Shown here in pieces: positions 63,255-64,000 of a stretch of DNA of 64,000 bases. A program made the position numbers and the translations under genes. Source of the DNA: Blepharisma stoltei ATCC 30299 (taxonomy: Eukaryota > Protista > Ciliophora); the NCBI GenBank assembly GCA_965603825.1, contig CBFDEM010000011.1, positions 868,001 to 932,000 on the forward strand, given 5' to 3'. Numbering within the stretch: the first letter of the stretch is position 1; the number at the start of each line of letters is the position of its first letter. The notes below the pieces were generated by a model, which saw only the letters and a program-made list of their open reading frames with translations, searched no databases and was not told the DNA's origin.

Positions 63255-63611
63255 ATGGTTGGAGGACTTGTTCCAAAACTTCAAGCTTACGTTTTAGCCC
63301 GCTTTAATTGGCCACCAACAATGAGAACCATATTACAACACCCTGCAGGACCTTTTACAATACACTTCTGGTGTGCATGGATTAAATGGGGAATTGTAGT
63401 TGCAAACATTGCTGACTTAAAAGTTCCAGCTGAAAATATTTCAGCAAATCAACAATTTGTATTAATTCTTTCTGGAGCAACATGGACTAAATGATGCACC
63501 CAAGTTACCCCTTTCAACGCTAATCTGATGGCTTGCAACTTTTTCATGACATGCTCAGCAATTTACCAGATGTCAAGAAAACTCAGAGCTAGTTATTCGA
63601 AGTCAAAATAA
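63255..63611 (+). CDS. MPC2: Mitochondrial pyruvate carrier 2, tandem paralogue
   Basis: HPAGPFTIHFW; the frame continues through TGA 63492 to TAA 63609-63611. Confidence 0.88.
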
Positions 63612-64000
63612 ATTAAATGAGTCATTAATCCAATTAATTAGCCTCAATAATTTTCAACTGAGAAATATACTTATATAGTGATTCAGCTTTAAATGCTCTA
63701 ATAGTTTTATATTTAAAATTAATTTATAAAAAGACTGACTTTTATTGTTTTGAATTTAATTTTTGATTTTTTCGCAGTGATTTTCGATCTTAATAATCAT
63801 ATCTATTCGATTTTTAAGAATTCTTGAAATCATATATACAATTTTCTCGCAAAACCTTTTGAATTTCTATCCTTATTTTTACTTTTGATAAATATTAATT
63901 TCATAATTTTTCTTTGTCTTATTTTTTAAATAAGCAAAATAATATTAAACGGATTTAAAAATTGTGCTATTGACTTTATTTTGTTAAATCGCTTGAAAAA

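Noticed and set aside
1-64000. Fragmented ORFs as mass pseudogenisation
   Set aside because: The breaks are in-frame TGA at Trp positions or tiny GT-AG introns, and the joined frames are intact.
1-64000. tRNA, rRNA, CRISPR arrays, telomeric repeats, intact transposases and IESs
   Set aside because: None were recognised by eye. IESs cannot be called without comparing somatic and germline reads, and no gene here shows an unexplained insertion.

Overview
This is AT-rich, gene-dense eukaryotic DNA from a heterotrich ciliate, most consistent with a Blepharisma macronuclear genome (inference). TGA is read as Trp, TAA/TAG are the stops, and genes carry tiny GT-AG introns: I identified 27, of which 24 are 15 nt, two are 16 nt and one is 17 nt. 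The supplied ORF track is therefore heavily fragmented, and re-reading it by hand gives about 32 genes. These include a START-domain protein, EXO1, a putative Ig-fold DNA-binding protein, two paralogues with a CC-x4-H-x3-C motif (one with an in-frame TAA), a divergent Rab, two hybrid histidine kinases, a DIxGxKP/NPLxPxY repeat protein, a nucleoredoxin-like protein, a TM-dCache-TM receptor, an SLC9B antiporter and two omega GSTs. Further along are LRRC45-, ZNHIT3-, CEP70- and COMMD3-like genes, a C2 protein, a SINA E3 ligase, a B-box/kelch protein, PP2A B56, cyclin Y, a mucolipin, BRM/SNF2, PKG and two MPC2 copies. The most unusual region is a tandem triplication (about 45.6-58.4 kb) of a ~1158-aa surface protein: signal peptide, kelch propellers, Cys-rich repeats, a TM helix, then a two-TM module of ERGIC/ENaC/P2X-like topology. 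It is flanked by decayed gene relics. All family calls come from motif recognition by eye; no database searches were run.
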